Assembly (NCBI GenBank): GCA_010093995.1
Contig: ML992502.1
Location: 1,708,312-1,772,311 of the forward strand
DNA: 64,000 nt
Reading direction: 5' to 3'
Origin: Elsinoe ampelina
Lineage: Eukaryota
This document shows, in pieces, positions 63,324 through 64,000 of this stretch. A program made the translations under genes and the position numbers. Position 1 is the stretch's first letter, and each line of letters opens with the position of its first letter. The notes beneath the pieces were generated by a model. That model worked only from the letters and a program-made list of their open reading frames with translations, did no database searches and was not told where the DNA came from.

Positions 63324-64000
63324 ATGACGGCCATCAAGGTATCTACTGCTACCCCTCAATCAACCGCGCCGCTGTGTGCGACCCAATGCCTTGCTGACGA
63401 GCCAAGGAAACTCCGCGTCCGATAACGCAACACCGGCCTTCCTTCTCCTCAGGGCAGTCGATAGCCCCTCGTAACTCCCTCCCTCGGACGCATGCCTACT
63501 CGTCGTCGCTCGGCTCTTTCAACCCTGCCCACCGAGTGACTCGTAGAAAGAGCAGCAATTTGACCCCTTCGGCTATCAACGCGGCGGTCGCCGCGATTGA
63601 AGAGGATAAGCAAGGACATCGGAGGAGCATGCAGTCTCGTGTCGCTCTTGGGTCTTTGAATGTGGGAAGCTATCCGTCGCCGCCTAGCAGTCTTCCGCAC
63701 GGTCACTCCATGCCCGGGAGGAACGACAGCGCCGTGATCGACGGTCCTCCTTTGGCAAGCATCACCGAGAAGAGCAAGAACAGAATGCGCCGTGCCAGTG
63801 ATGGTTCCACTCTCTCGTCCAAGAAGAAGCCTGGTCAAGGCGAATTAAAGTGCGAGACATGCGGTAAAGGCTACAAGCACAGCTCTTGCCTGACAAAGCA
63901 TCTGTTAGTCTACCTCTATCCATGACGAGATGAAACGTCCTTGTCATGAATTCTGGCTAACAATGAACGAAAAGTTGGGAACACACACCTGAATGGGCCA
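63324..64000 (+). CDS. C2H2 zinc-finger protein, 5' part only; introns 63339..63406 and 63904..63974
   Basis: MTAIK|ETPRP..HRVTRRKS..RRASDG..ELKCETCGKGYKHSSCLTKHL|WEHTPEW; truncated by the window end. Confidence 0.88.

Overview
Gene-dense chromosomal DNA from a filamentous ascomycete (Pezizomycotina; probably a Dothideomycete, by inference). Introns are mostly about 46-55 nt GT..AG with CTRAY branch points. About 27 protein genes can be modelled, mostly housekeeping: GtaA-like glutaminase (partial), Rnc1/Hek2-type KH protein, triple H-type lectin, Mto2/Spa18-like MTOC protein, Pmp1/Msg5-type MAPK phosphatase, PAQR, TIM21, Sdd4-like C2H2 factor, HD nucleotidase, ACBP, GST, GH5 mannanase, GH95, MSP1, thymidylate synthase, CHIP, MRPL4, GDI1, SMC2, NOT2, a CUE protein, Yippee and a partial C2H2 factor. 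There is also a U2 snRNA gene, a 16-bp minisatellite, a probable pseudogene, and two gene-poor blocks (about 21.5-26 kb and 27.3-31.7 kb). I saw no transposon, CRISPR, tRNA or rRNA, and no clear-cut novel multi-gene system. The best leads are: long ATG-free, intron-containing 5' leaders on two regulatory genes; recurring C-rich-then-G-rich skew switches; evenly spaced TGACTC sites before U2; Rnc1-Pmp1 proximity; and an unusual PY/RGG type II membrane protein. Exon boundaries were read by eye and family calls come from recalled motifs, not searches.
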